Shown: positions 51,935-62,422 of the stretch, one piece after another | How positions within the stretch are numbered: the stretch's first letter is position 1 | Layout of the letters: every line of letters starts with the position of its first letter | Assembly: GCA_964654465.1 (NCBI GenBank) | Contig: CAZZIO010000029.1 | Span: 1 to 64,000 of the forward strand | Origin: an uncultured Dictyoglomota bacterium | Lineage (GTDB): Bacteria; Dictyoglomota; Dictyoglomia; Dictyoglomales; Dictyoglomaceae | Direction: 5' to 3' | Length of the DNA stretch: 64,000 bases | The notes under the pieces: generated by a model | What the model was told of the DNA's origin: nothing | Databases searched by the model: none | What the model saw: only the letters and a program-made list of their open reading frames with translations | Program-made: the position numbers and the translations under genes

Positions 51935-53110
51935 ATGGTATGGAAATTTGATGAAATTTATTTAACTGATATAAATGGTGTAAAAGCAGCAGGTGTATCC
52001 TGTGGCTTAAAAGAAGATAATAAATTGGATCTTGCTCTAATTGTGCTTGATAAACCAGTTTTTGCTGAAGCTATGTTTACTAAAAATACTGTTAAGGCTG
52101 CTCCTATTATTGTTTCTAAGAGGCATTTAGAAAAGTGTGGCATGATCCAAGCAATTGTTATAAATAGTGGGCAAGCAAATGCATGTACTGGAGAAAAAGG
52201 AATAAAGGATGCAGAGATGATGGCAGAAAGAGTTGCTCAAAATTTAGGTATTGATAAGGAATTAGTTTTTGTGGCATCTACAGGTAAAATAGGAGCATAT
52301 CTGGAAATGGATAAGATAGTTAGTGGAATTGATTTGGCATGTAAGGTTTTATCTAAGAATTCAGGAAGAGAAGTAGCCGAAGCAATTATGACTACTGACA
52401 CTTTTCCCAAAATGTCATCTGTTAAATATGGTGATGTAATAATATCTGGAATAGCAAAAGGAGCAGGTATGATTCATCCTGATATGGCAACCATGTTGGT
52501 TTTTATAGGCACAAATGCTAAATTGGGAAAAGATGCTATGAAGAAAGTTCTTAGAAGAGGTGTGGGTAAATCATTTCATCAGATAAGTGTAGATGGATGT
52601 ACCAGCACAAATGATACGGTTCTTTTTTTTGCTACTTCAGAAAAGGAAATTAAAGAGAATATTTTTCAAAAAGGATTTGACATGTTAACTGAAGATTTGG
52701 CAAAGATGATAGCAAAAGATGGAGAAGGGGCCACTAAATTGATTGAGGTTAGAATTGAAAAGGCGGAAAGTTTGAAAAAAGCAAGGGTTTTAGGAAGAGC
52801 TGTTATTACTTCTAATTTAGTAAAAGCTGCTTTTGCAGGTGGGGATGATAATTGGGGTAGAATATTAGCAAGTATTGGTCAAACAGGATACAACATCGAT
52901 TTAGACAAGATAGAGCTTTATATTGGTGAATATTTAGTTTTTGCAAAAAATGAACCTTTAAGGTATAATTCTCAGGAAGTCAAAAATTATTTAAAAAATA
53001 GGGAAGTTATGGTGCGTATAGTATTAAATGAAGGTAGATATAATGCAGTTTCATGGGGATCAGATTTGACGGAGGAATATGTAAAAATAAATGCATATTA
53101 TAGGACATGA
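51935..53110 (+). CDS. argJ: Ornithine acetyltransferase ArgJ
   Basis: NSGQANACTG, KGAGMIHPDMATML, DGCTSTND, DGEGATK. Confidence 0.97.
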   Translation: MVWKFDEIYLTDINGVKAAGVSCGLKEDNKLDLALIVLDKPVFAEAMFTKNTVKAAPIIVSKRHLEKCGMIQAIVINSGQANACTGEKGIKDAEMMAERVAQNLGIDKELVFVASTGKIGAYLEMDKIVSGIDLACKVLSKNSGREVAEAIMTTDTFPKMSSVKYGDVIISGIAKGAGMIHPDMATMLVFIGTNAKLGKDAMKKVLRRGVGKSFHQISVDGCTSTNDTVLFFATSEKEIKENIFQKGFDMLTEDLAKMIAKDGEGATKLIEVRIEKAESLKKARVLGRAVITSNLVKAAFAGGDDNWGRILASIGQTGYNIDLDKIELYIGEYLVFAKNEPLRYNSQEVKNYLKNREVMVRIVLNEGRYNAVSWGSDLTEEYVKINAYYRT

Positions 53111-53120
53111 GGTGGAAAAA

Positions 53121-54284
53121 ATGGAAGATAGATTTTTTCCTGTTTATAAAAGGTTTAAGCCCGTCTTTGTAAGGGGTGAAGGTGTTTGGCTTTTTGATAG
53201 CAACGGAAATAAGTATCTGGATTTAAGTAGTGGTATTGGAGTTAATGCTTTAGGACATGCCCATCCTCATATAGTTGAAAAGGTCAAAAATCAGATAGAA
53301 AAATTAGCTCATGTATCAAATCTATTTTATAATTTACCGCAGTTTGAACTTTTAGAAAGACTTGCCTCCCTTACAAAAAGGGAGGCATTTTTTTTATCTA
53401 ATAGTGGTGCTGAGGCTGTTGAGGCAAGTATTAAATTGGCTCGTAAGTTTTTTCAGGGTAAAAAGTGGAAGATTATAAGTACGCAAAATTCTTTTCATGG
53501 TAGAACATATGGTGCTTTATCCGCTACTGGACAAAAGAAATATCATGAGGGTTTTGAACCTTTAGTACCTGGATTTACTTATGTCCCTTTTAATAATATA
53601 GAGGTATTAGAGGAAACTATAGATGAAGAAACATGTGCTATTATATTGGAACCTATACAAGGTGAGGGCGGTGTTTATCCAGCTGACAAGGAATATCTTA
53701 AAAGGATAAGAGAGATAACTAAGGAAAAAGGAATTCTTCTTATCCTTGATGAGATTCAGACTGGAATTGGAAGGACAGGATATTTTCTAGCTGAGGAGTT
53801 TTATGAGATACAAGCGGATATAATTCTTCTTGCAAAAGCTTTAGGGGGAGGACTTCCATTAGGGGCTGTTTGTACCACTAAAGATATAGCAAGTGCTATG
53901 ACTTCTGGCAGTCATGGAACTACTATGGGAGGAAATTTAGTTGCTTGTTCTGCTGGAATTGCAGTACTGGATACTATTGGTAATGAGAAATTTTTAAGGG
54001 GGGTTAGGGAGAAGGGTTCCTATCTTCAAGGAAAACTTCTGGAGTTAAGAAATGAAACTCCATTGATAGTAGATATAAGAGGTAGGGGATTAATGTGGGG
54101 AATAGAGTTAAAGATTAAAGTAAGAGATATTTTAGAGGAATTAATTGAGAAAGGTGTGGTAGCCTTATCCGCAGGTGAAAATGTACTAAGACTACTGCCT
54201 CCTCTTATCATAGAAAAAGAAGAAATAGATTATGGCATTTCAAAAATAAGAGAAGTTTTATTAAAGAGGAGTGAAAACTTATGA
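53121..54284 (+). CDS. argD: Acetylornithine aminotransferase
   Basis: NSGAEAVE, SFHGRT, EPIQGEGG, DEIQTG, AKALGGG, HGTTMGGN; ATG 53121 follows GAGGTGG. Confidence 0.94.
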   Translation: MEDRFFPVYKRFKPVFVRGEGVWLFDSNGNKYLDLSSGIGVNALGHAHPHIVEKVKNQIEKLAHVSNLFYNLPQFELLERLASLTKREAFFLSNSGAEAVEASIKLARKFFQGKKWKIISTQNSFHGRTYGALSATGQKKYHEGFEPLVPGFTYVPFNNIEVLEETIDEETCAIILEPIQGEGGVYPADKEYLKRIREITKEKGILLILDEIQTGIGRTGYFLAEEFYEIQADIILLAKALGGGLPLGAVCTTKDIASAMTSGSHGTTMGGNLVACSAGIAVLDTIGNEKFLRGVREKGSYLQGKLLELRNETPLIVDIRGRGLMWGIELKIKVRDILEELIEKGVVALSAGENVLRLLPPLIIEKEEIDYGISKIREVLLKRSENL

Positions 54285-55354
54285 GCAAAGAGGCGATTCT
54301 TGTTTTAGAAACAGGCCATAGTTTTATTGGAGAAAGTTTTGGACATAAAGGAGAAACAATAGGTGAGATAGTTTTTAACACCAGCATGGTAGGATATCCC
54401 CAAGTACTTACTGATCCATCATATGCCAATCAAATAATAGTCTTTTCCTATCCTTTAATAGGAAATTATGGGATAGATTCTGAAAGATTAGAAAGTAATA
54501 AGATTCATTGTGTAGGTGTTGTTGCAAGAGAATTTAATGATTATAAATTTCATTGGAATAGTGATAAATCCTTAGAGGAATTTTTGATAGAAAATAGGAT
54601 AATTGGTATCCACAAAATAGATACAAGGGCTATAGTTCGTGAAATAAGGAAATTTGGCACTATGAAAGCTATTATTTCCACCGAAGAGAAAGACCCCTTT
54701 GTGTTAGTTAAAAAGCTTGGAGTTTATGATTTTAATTATTTAGATCTTGTAAGAAGGGTTACTACTACAATTCCTTACGAAATAAATGAGGACGGGAATA
54801 AGAAAATTGCCCTGATAGATTTTGGAGTAAAAAGAGGAATAATAAGAGAGCTTCTAAAGTATAATTTAAGAATAAAAGTTTTTCCAGCATGGGCATCCTT
54901 TGAAGATATTAAAAGCTATAATCCAGATGGAATAGTTCTTTCAAATGGCCCTGGAGATCCTTCCAATGTTCCATATGTACAAGAGACTATAAGGAGAATA
55001 TTAAAACTGGAAAGACCGATTCTTGGTATATGCCTTGGAATTCAACTTCTTTCATTAAGTGTGGGGGCTCGAACCTATAAATTAAAATTTGGACATAGAG
55101 GAGCTAATCATCCTGTTTATCATGTGGACTCTGGAAGGACTTTTATAACTTCTCAGAATCATAGTTATGCTGTTGATGATAGAACTCTACCACCAGGTTT
55201 TGAAGTAAATTACTATAATCTTAATGATAATACGGTGGAAGGAATAAAGCATGATTCCTATCCTTTAATAGCTGTACAGTTCCATCCTGAGGCATCTCCT
55301 GGTCCATGGGATACAAAATATATTTTTGATGATTTTTACAATCTAATTTCATAG
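54281..55354 (+). CDS. carA: Carbamoyl-phosphate synthase small subunit
   Basis: TDPSY, SNGPGDP, GICLG, FGHRGANHP, QFHPEASPGP. Confidence 0.98.
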   Translation: MSKEAILVLETGHSFIGESFGHKGETIGEIVFNTSMVGYPQVLTDPSYANQIIVFSYPLIGNYGIDSERLESNKIHCVGVVAREFNDYKFHWNSDKSLEEFLIENRIIGIHKIDTRAIVREIRKFGTMKAIISTEEKDPFVLVKKLGVYDFNYLDLVRRVTTTIPYEINEDGNKKIALIDFGVKRGIIRELLKYNLRIKVFPAWASFEDIKSYNPDGIVLSNGPGDPSNVPYVQETIRRILKLERPILGICLGIQLLSLSVGARTYKLKFGHRGANHPVYHVDSGRTFITSQNHSYAVDDRTLPPGFEVNYYNLNDNTVEGIKHDSYPLIAVQFHPEASPGPWDTKYIFDDFYNLIS

Positions 55355-55368
55355 AGAGGTGAAAGAGA

Positions 55369-58300
55369 TTGTCTAAAAAGTATAAAAAAGTACTTGTGAT
55401 TGGTTCAGGACCAATAGTTATTGGTCAAGCTGCAGAATTTGATTATTCAGGTACTCAAGCTTGTAGAGCTTTAAAAGAAGAAGGGATTGAAGTAGTACTT
55501 ATAAATTCTAATCCCGCAACAATCATGACAGATTGGGAAATGGCAGATAGGATCTATATAGAACCTATTACTGCTGAAGTGGTAGAAAGAATTATTGAAA
55601 AAGAAAGACCAGATGGTATAATTGCTACTCTTGGTGGACAAACAGGCTTGAATTTAGCAATGGAACTTGCATCTAAAGGGATTATTGAGAAATATGGAAT
55701 TCCTCTTTTAGGGTGCTCGTTAGAATCTATAAGTATGGCAGAGGATAGAGAACTTTTTAGAAAGAGGATGGAAGAGATTGGTGAACCTGTTTTACCAAGT
55801 ATTGTTGTAAGATCTATGGATGAAGGAAGAAAAACTTTAGAGCTTATTGGCCTTCCTTTAGTGATAAGGCCAGCTTATACCTTAGGAGGTACTGGTGGGG
55901 GAATAGTAGAAACAGAGGAAGAATTTGAAAAAGCGTTATTGAGAAGTTTAAAGTTGAGCCCTGTAAGTCAAGCCCTTCTTGAAAAAAGTGTGGTAGGTTG
56001 GAAAGAAATAGAATTTGAAGTAATGAGAGATAGAAAAGGAAATGTAATAACAGTATGTAGTATGGAAAATGTTGATCCTATGGGAATTCATACTGGTGAT
56101 AGTATTGTTGTAGCACCTACTCAGACTCTTAATGATATAGAATATCAAATGCTTAGGAGTGCTTCTTTGAAAATTATAACAGCTTTGAAGATTGAAGGTG
56201 GATGCAATATTCAATTTGCTTTAAATCCATATAAAAGGGAATACTTTGTGATTGAGGTTAACCCAAGAGTAAGCAGATCATCAGCATTGGCTTCAAAAGC
56301 TACAGGTTTTCCAATAGCCAGAATTACAGCTAAGATTGCTATTGGAAAAACCTTGGATGAAATAAAAAATCCGGTAACTGGAGAGACTTACGCAGCTTTT
56401 GAACCTACATTAGATTATGTGGTAGTTAAGATTCCAAAATGGGGATTTGAAAAATTTAAAGTTAAGAATAGGAAACTTGGAACACAAATGCAAGCTACTG
56501 GTGAGGTCATGGCTCTTGGTAGAACTTTTGAAGAGGCTTTACTTAAAGCTTTGAGGTCCTTAGAAGTTGAAGCGGGATTATTTGATAGAAGATTTTCTTA
56601 TATGTCAGATGAAGAGATAAGAAATGGATTGAAAAATGCGGATGATAGAAGATTATTCCTTATAGCTGAAGGATTTATGAGAGGTTATTCCATAGAAGAA
56701 GTTTATGATCTAACTAAAATTGATAAATTTTTCTTAACAAAAATTTATAACCTTATAGAAATATCCAAAATATATAAAGATAAATCTCTTAATGAAATTT
56801 CACCTGAAGAGTTAAAGAGTCTGAAAAAGATTGGATTTGGAGATTATGATTTGTCATGTTTCCTTAAGGCTACAAAAGAAGATATTTTCGCCTATAGAAG
56901 ACTTCATAAAATCTTTCCAGTATATAAGATCGTAGATACCTGTGCTGCCGAATTTTCTGCTAATACTCCCTATTACTACTCCACATATGAAGATGAGAAC
57001 GAAGCTCAGAAAAATCCACAAAGGTCAGTAGTGGTCATAGGTAGTGGACCTATAAGGATAGGACAGGGAATAGAATTTGACTATTGTACAGTCCATGCAG
57101 TTAAGGCAATAAAAGAAGAGGGACTTGTTTCTATAATGATTAACAATAATCCTGAGACGTTAAGTACAGATTTTGATATGTCTGATAGACTTTATTTTGA
57201 ACCTCTTACAAGTGAAGATGTGACTAATATTATGGAACAGGAAGAACCTCTCGGATTTATCTCCCAATTTGGAGGACAGACAGCTATAAACTTATCTAAG
57301 AATCTGGAAAAAAGAGGGTTTTATCTACTTGGTACTTCTCAAAAGAGTATTGATTTGGCAGAAGATAGAGAAAAATTTGATAGATTTTTAAGGATGAATA
57401 AAATACCACGACCTAAAGGATTTTATATAAGAAGCTTAGAAGAGGCAAAAGAGGTAATAAAAGAGATTGGTTTTCCTGTATTATTGAGGCCTTCATATGT
57501 TTTGGGGGGTAGGGCAATGATAATTGTAAAAGATATGGAAACTTTGGAAAGTTATTTTAAAAGAAGGGATATAATTCTTCCCTTATGGATGGATCAGTTT
57601 ATTGTTGGTAAGGAAGCAGAGGTTGACATACTCTGTGATGGCAAGGAGGTTTTTATTCCGGGAGTTATGGAGCATATTGAGAGGGCAGGAATTCATTCTG
57701 GAGATAGTACCGCTGTTTTTCCACCTTATTCTCTATCAAATGAAATCATAGATACTATAGTGGATTACTCTACTAAAATAGCTTTAGGACTTGAAGTTAA
57801 AGGACTTTTAAATATTCAATATGTGATCTCTGATAAGACAAACGAAGTATATGTTTTAGAAGCAAATCCAAGAGCATCAAGGACTGTACCCTATTTAAGT
57901 AAAGCATTAAAACTTCCTTTAGTTAAATATGCAACTAAAATTGCTTTAGGATACACCATAAGAGAGCTTGGCTTAAAACCTGGCCTTTATCCGAAACCAA
58001 ATTATTATGCTATTAAGGCTCCTGTATTTTCCTTTACCAAGATTAAGGGTGCTGAAGTAGAACTTGGCCCCGAAATGAGATCTACAGGTGAAGTTATGGG
58101 AATAGATTATGAATGGGCTAAAGCTCTTTATAAGGCTCTTTATGCCAGTGGTATTAAAATTCCAATAAATGGAGGGAAAATATTTGTAACCTCTGTTTTC
58201 TCAGCCCCATGGGAAAAACTAATTTTAAAGGGTTATAAACTTTATTCTCTTGAAGATAAAGAAGGATTTATAAAAGTGAATTTCAAGGATGATGAAATGT

Positions 58301-58536
58301 CTACCCTTGCATCTTACGAATTCGACCTTGTTATTGCTATAGACGATAAGGATAAAGGTTGGAGAAGAGCTTGTTATGATATTGGGTTGCCATGTATTGT
58401 TACAGAGGATATGTTTAATGCAGTTATAAAAATGCTTGATGAATTTGGAGATTTGGATGTAGATTATAGAGCTGTTCAAGATTTTTATAAGGAGGAAGTA
58501 TGGCTCTCTGGGGAAGCCGTTGGAGAAAATCATTAG
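55369..58536 (+). CDS. carB: Carbamoyl-phosphate synthase large subunit
   Basis: [61 protein letters not shown]. Confidence 0.98.
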   Translation: MSKKYKKVLVIGSGPIVIGQAAEFDYSGTQACRALKEEGIEVVLINSNPATIMTDWEMADRIYIEPITAEVVERIIEKERPDGIIATLGGQTGLNLAMELASKGIIEKYGIPLLGCSLESISMAEDRELFRKRMEEIGEPVLPSIVVRSMDEGRKTLELIGLPLVIRPAYTLGGTGGGIVETEEEFEKALLRSLKLSPVSQALLEKSVVGWKEIEFEVMRDRKGNVITVCSMENVDPMGIHTGDSIVVAPTQTLNDIEYQMLRSASLKIITALKIEGGCNIQFALNPYKREYFVIEVNPRVSRSSALASKATGFPIARITAKIAIGKTLDEIKNPVTGETYAAFEPTLDYVVVKIPKWGFEKFKVKNRKLGTQMQATGEVMALGRTFEEALLKALRSLEVEAGLFDRRFSYMSDEEIRNGLKNADDRRLFLIAEGFMRGYSIEEVYDLTKIDKFFLTKIYNLIEISKIYKDKSLNEISPEELKSLKKIGFGDYDLSCFLKATKEDIFAYRRLHKIFPVYKIVDTCAAEFSANTPYYYSTYEDENEAQKNPQRSVVVIGSGPIRIGQGIEFDYCTVHAVKAIKEEGLVSIMINNNPETLSTDFDMSDRLYFEPLTSEDVTNIMEQEEPLGFISQFGGQTAINLSKNLEKRGFYLLGTSQKSIDLAEDREKFDRFLRMNKIPRPKGFYIRSLEEAKEVIKEIGFPVLLRPSYVLGGRAMIIVKDMETLESYFKRRDIILPLWMDQFIVGKEAEVDILCDGKEVFIPGVMEHIERAGIHSGDSTAVFPPYSLSNEIIDTIVDYSTKIALGLEVKGLLNIQYVISDKTNEVYVLEANPRASRTVPYLSKALKLPLVKYATKIALGYTIRELGLKPGLYPKPNYYAIKAPVFSFTKIKGAEVELGPEMRSTGEVMGIDYEWAKALYKALYASGIKIPINGGKIFVTSVFSAPWEKLILKGYKLYSLEDKEGFIKVNFKDDEMSTLASYEFDLVIAIDDKDKGWRRACYDIGLPCIVTEDMFNAVIKMLDEFGDLDVDYRAVQDFYKEEVWLSGEAVGENH

Positions 58537-59942
58537 ATAAAGCTGTGGAAGAATTTACTTATTCTTTGGATTTTGACAAAAGGCTATTTAAAGTTGATTT
58601 AATTGGTACTTTAGCCCATGTATTAATGCTTAATAAAATTGGTCTAATAACAAATTGGGAGATAAAAGTTTTAGTAGAGGAAATTAAAAATCTTTATGAA
58701 TTGTTAAAAGATGATATTGATAATATAAAGGATAGTGAAGATATTCATACGTATGTAGAAGAAAATCTAACTCAAAAAATCGGTGATATAGCCAAGAAGA
58801 TGCACTCTGGAAGGAGTAGAAATGATCAAGTTGCGTTAGATTTGAGGCTTTACTTAAGAGAAGAAGCATATGAACTTTCTCAGTTGATCTTGAAAATTAG
58901 AGAAAATCTTTTATATATAGCGGAGAAATATATAGATTTTCCTATACCTGGTTATACTCATCTACAAGAAGCACAGCCAGTCTCTATAGGGCACTATTTT
59001 TTGGCTTATGATTCAATGTTTGCAAGAGACTTAGAAAGATTGGGTGAACTTTATAAAAGATTGGATGTAATGCCTCTTGGTTCTGGAGCTTTAGCAGGAA
59101 GTAATCTACCACTTGATAGATATTATGTAGCAGAAATTTTAGGGTTCTCAGAAGTATCAGATAATAGTATGGATTCGGTGGCTGATAGGGATTTTGTAGC
59201 CGATTTTATATATTTTTCATCTCTTGTTTTTACTCACCTATCTAAGCTTTCTGAAGAGATTGTTATATGGTCTACACAAGAATTTTCTTTTATTAGACTT
59301 CCAGAAGAATACTCCACAGGTAGTAGTATGATGCCTCACAAAAGAAATCCTGATGTAGCTGAACTTACCCGTGGAAAAACAGGGAAGGTTATAGGTAACC
59401 TTGTGAATATTCTAACTATTTTGAAGGCTTTACCCTTAAGTTATAATAGAGATCTCCAGGAAGATAAACCTGCAGTTTTTTTAGTGATAGACGAATTAAA
59501 ATTGGCATTAAAAGTATGGAGTAATTTTATACTGAATTTAGAATTTAATATGGATAGAATAGAAAAGATTTTAAGAAATGATTTTCTCTATGCAACTGAT
59601 ATAGCAGAATATTTAGTCTTAAAAGGGATGCCCTTTAGGGATGCTCATAAAACGGTGGGAGAAGTAGTAAAGTATTGTGAAGATAATTCGAAGAGTTTTA
59701 AGGAACTTAGTATAGATGAATGGAAAAATTTTTCTCCCCTTTTTGACGAAGAAATTTTTAAATTATTAAATCCAGAAGAAAGTATCAAATCTAAGAAAAC
59801 ATGGGGAAGTCCTAATCCATCATTAAATAGAGAGGTAATAAAAAAGAAAAGACAGTCTATAGAAGATCAAAAATTAAAATGGGAGCTTATAAAAGATAAA
59901 CTGCCAACTATAGACAAGATTATCGAAAGAATTATTTTGTAA
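58500..59942 (+). CDS. argH: Argininosuccinate lyase
   Basis: [37 protein letters not shown]. Confidence 0.98.
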   Translation: MALWGSRWRKSLDKAVEEFTYSLDFDKRLFKVDLIGTLAHVLMLNKIGLITNWEIKVLVEEIKNLYELLKDDIDNIKDSEDIHTYVEENLTQKIGDIAKKMHSGRSRNDQVALDLRLYLREEAYELSQLILKIRENLLYIAEKYIDFPIPGYTHLQEAQPVSIGHYFLAYDSMFARDLERLGELYKRLDVMPLGSGALAGSNLPLDRYYVAEILGFSEVSDNSMDSVADRDFVADFIYFSSLVFTHLSKLSEEIVIWSTQEFSFIRLPEEYSTGSSMMPHKRNPDVAELTRGKTGKVIGNLVNILTILKALPLSYNRDLQEDKPAVFLVIDELKLALKVWSNFILNLEFNMDRIEKILRNDFLYATDIAEYLVLKGMPFRDAHKTVGEVVKYCEDNSKSFKELSIDEWKNFSPLFDEEIFKLLNPEESIKSKKTWGSPNPSLNREVIKKKRQSIEDQKLKWELIKDKLPTIDKIIERIIL

Positions 59943-60924
59943 GATCCTTAATAGGTACAAGATCTTCATATTTATAAAGTATACTCATGGCTTCGTTCAT
60001 AGCATCAATATTTGATTCAATGACTCCTGCTAATGGGTTTAAACCTCCTATAATTACTAAACCTGTAGATCCTTGAGTTACTGGAATACCAAATAGCTCT
60101 TGGTTAGGTTTTCCCAAATAGATTTTACCTTTTATTCCAAGGTCTCTTATTTCTTCTATAACTTTCTCAGTCTCATCCCTTGCTGTGTTTGGGAGTTCTC
60201 TAAATGTTGCGAGTACTTTACCTTCTCCATTTTTAACCACGGATAATATAGATGTCATTCTACTTTTAATAAATACTTCTAAAGGATCTAAAGTAGAACC
60301 ATTATAATTTATGGCTTCTAAAAATCTAACTGGCTCATGATTTTTAACTTCTAATACTCCACCAAATTTAGCATCTAAAGGAATGCCTCTTTTTAATAAA
60401 ATTCCATGTATTGTTACACTGCATACTGTACCAACAATTACCTTTTTTTCTGGAACAATTATACCAGGGGTAATTTCTTCTTCCTCTTTGTCAAAGATGA
60501 TTGTTTTGTCGCTTACTCCATATCCTTTTTTAAGGATCTCTTTTATTATTTGAAGGGATTTTTTGAGGTCTTTTTTATTGATTATAGATAAGTTTAAAAT
60601 TACATTGCCTTTTCCACTTTTATCTAAGGTTACTTGATAAGCTAAATTTAGAATTTTACTAATAATAAATCCTAACTTATCTGCAACTAAAGCTTTTTTG
60701 ATTTCTTCTCTACCTTTATCTGTTATGATTCTTCCTTTTTTACCATCTACTTTGGTTAAGCCCCTTTCGTCCATTATCTTTAGGTGATACCTAACTGCTC
60801 TTTCGGATAGTTCTATACCTTTTTCTACCAATTTTTTTGATATAGTGTTAGCTCCTACAGGTTCTGTATAGTTATTTAATATTTCAAGAATTGCAACTAA
60901 TTTTCTTTCTATATCTTTATTCAT
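59932..60924 (-). CDS. nrpR: NrpR-family regulator (winged HTH + one DUF128/NRD domain)
   Basis: SERAVRYHLKIMDERG, GNVILN, TVCSVTIHG, FGGVLE, Y.GSTLDP, IGGLNP. Confidence 0.88.
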   Translation of the reverse strand: MNKDIERKLVAILEILNNYTEPVGANTISKKLVEKGIELSERAVRYHLKIMDERGLTKVDGKKGRIITDKGREEIKKALVADKLGFIISKILNLAYQVTLDKSGKGNVILNLSIINKKDLKKSLQIIKEILKKGYGVSDKTIIFDKEEEEITPGIIVPEKKVIVGTVCSVTIHGILLKRGIPLDAKFGGVLEVKNHEPVRFLEAINYNGSTLDPLEVFIKSRMTSILSVVKNGEGKVLATFRELPNTARDETEKVIEEIRDLGIKGKIYLGKPNQELFGIPVTQGSTGLVIIGGLNPLAGVIESNIDAMNEAMSILYKYEDLVPIKDLTK

Positions 60925-60933
60925 CTCTTATCT

Positions 60934-61194
60934 TTAATGGATATATGGTGAGGGAGGAAAGAGTAAATCCCAATCTTCATCTTGATTTAGCCAACCTTCT
61001 TGCATAAGAAACTTTTTTGTGGCTAAAGCAAGAAATTGAGCAAGTAGAAAATAATCATCATCTATATTCCCATCAAGCTCATCTTTCAATCTTTCAGAGA
61101 GTTCTAAACGATCTACATAACTCTCTAAGGCTGTATAGTAAAAAGTTATCAATTTTTCTTCCCAATCAAAGTTTTTTTTAGGATTCTTATTCAA
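60934..61194 (-). CDS. Hypothetical acidic protein
   Basis: TTG start 6 nt after AGGGAGGA; stop 9 nt before nrpR. Confidence 0.75.
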   Translation of the reverse strand: MNKNPKKNFDWEEKLITFYYTALESYVDRLELSERLKDELDGNIDDDYFLLAQFLALATKKFLMQEGWLNQDEDWDLLFPPSPYIH

Positions 61195-61212
61195 TATTAA
61201 TCCTCCCTAAAA

Positions 61213-61392
61213 TTAGTCTTTTTTAAGATTTATCTGTACAGAGGGATCTTCTAATACCCATCTTAGTAAAACAATCATCTTTTGAGCTGTTTCTCTTCTT
61301 ATATATTCAGGCCCAAAGTTATCTAATAATTTAGAGTGCTTGTAGTTACTTAGTTCTTGAATTAGCTGTTTTATTTCTTCTGGCTTTCTCAT
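61213..61392 (-). CDS. 59-aa protein, not in the ORF track: MRKPEEIKQLIQELSNYKHSKLLDNFGPEYIRRETAQKMIVLLRWVLEDPSVQINLKKD
   Basis: GGAGGT at 61403-61408, ATG 61392, stop just before the RBS of the next gene. Confidence 0.8.
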   Translation of the reverse strand: MRKPEEIKQLIQELSNYKHSKLLDNFGPEYIRRETAQKMIVLLRWVLEDPSVQINLKKD

Positions 61393-61515
61393 AATCTTTT
61401 CAACCTCCTATACAATATTTCTTTTAGTATTTCTCGGATAGTTTAGCATAGATTAATGTATTAAGCAAGTTATGTTAGAATTTGAGTAGTAAAAAAAGAA
61501 AGGGGGAAAGATTTT

Positions 61516-62295
61516 ATGGAATTAGTATGGTCAACAAGTAATATTTGGAATTTATCCTTAGAAGAGGTTTTGTTATTAGGAAAAGATTTTTCAAAATATG
61601 TAATATTAGATATGGGAAAAATTAGAGGTTTTTTGAAAGAAAAGAGCATTGATAATTTGAAAAATTTGTTTCATGAATATGATTTAAAAACACTTATGAT
61701 TATTCATGATGAAAAGGTGGGAGAGAAATTTGATGAGGAAAAGATTAAAGAGATTTTAGTTTTGTCTCATCGTTTAAACATACCTTATTTTTTTATTAAT
61801 TCAGATATAAAACCTGAAAATCTTAGTTTTATTGTTGCCATGGAAGTTTTTAAAAGGAATTTGGAAAGATTGAAGGAGATAGTTGATATTCCATTAGTGA
61901 TTAAAAATAACTTTTATGGAATTGTAAACACATTTGGAAAAGCATATAAATTGGCAAGAAGCTTAGATAATGTTTTCTTGTATTTTGATATATTTCATTA
62001 TTATTTGTCTGGTGAAGAGCTTGATGTTTTTATGGATAAAGATCTATCTTTAATCAAGTTTGTTGTATTGAAAGATGCAGAGAATGTTCCGAGATATTAT
62101 TTAAGAGAGCATCAACAACTCTTTCCTGGAGATGGGGTTATCCCTATTACTCAGATTTTTAGTTATCTAAGGGAAGGGGGTTTTGATGGATATGTGGTAC
62201 CAGAGATAAGAAGACCTGAATATGATAAAATGCAACCAAAAGATTTTGTGAATATTTTATTTGAAAAGTCTAAAAACATATTGAGTAATATTTAA
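61516..62295 (+). CDS. Sugar-phosphate isomerase/epimerase-like TIM barrel (IolE/IolI family), divergent
   Basis: YFDIFHY, LKDA, LFPGDGVIP, GFDGYVVPE. Confidence 0.75.
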   Translation: MELVWSTSNIWNLSLEEVLLLGKDFSKYVILDMGKIRGFLKEKSIDNLKNLFHEYDLKTLMIIHDEKVGEKFDEEKIKEILVLSHRLNIPYFFINSDIKPENLSFIVAMEVFKRNLERLKEIVDIPLVIKNNFYGIVNTFGKAYKLARSLDNVFLYFDIFHYYLSGEELDVFMDKDLSLIKFVVLKDAENVPRYYLREHQQLFPGDGVIPITQIFSYLREGGFDGYVVPEIRRPEYDKMQPKDFVNILFEKSKNILSNI

Positions 62296-62299
62296 TTTT

Positions 62300-62412
62300 T
62301 ATGTAAAAAATTTTCTCCATACAATCTATTGACTAAATATCTTTTTCTATGTTATTATTTGTAATGTAGTATTTAACGATAATTTTTGTTTATGAAGAAA
62401 AATTTCTTCTGA
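62300..62412 (+). promoter_or_regulatory. rpiR promoter flanked by two related palindromes
   Basis: TATGTAAAAAATTTTCTCCATA (62300-62321); TTGACT-N18-TATTAT with extended TG (62329-62358); TATGAAGAAAAATTTCTTCTGA (62391-62412). Confidence 0.65.
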
Positions 62413-62422
62413 GGTGTTAAAA

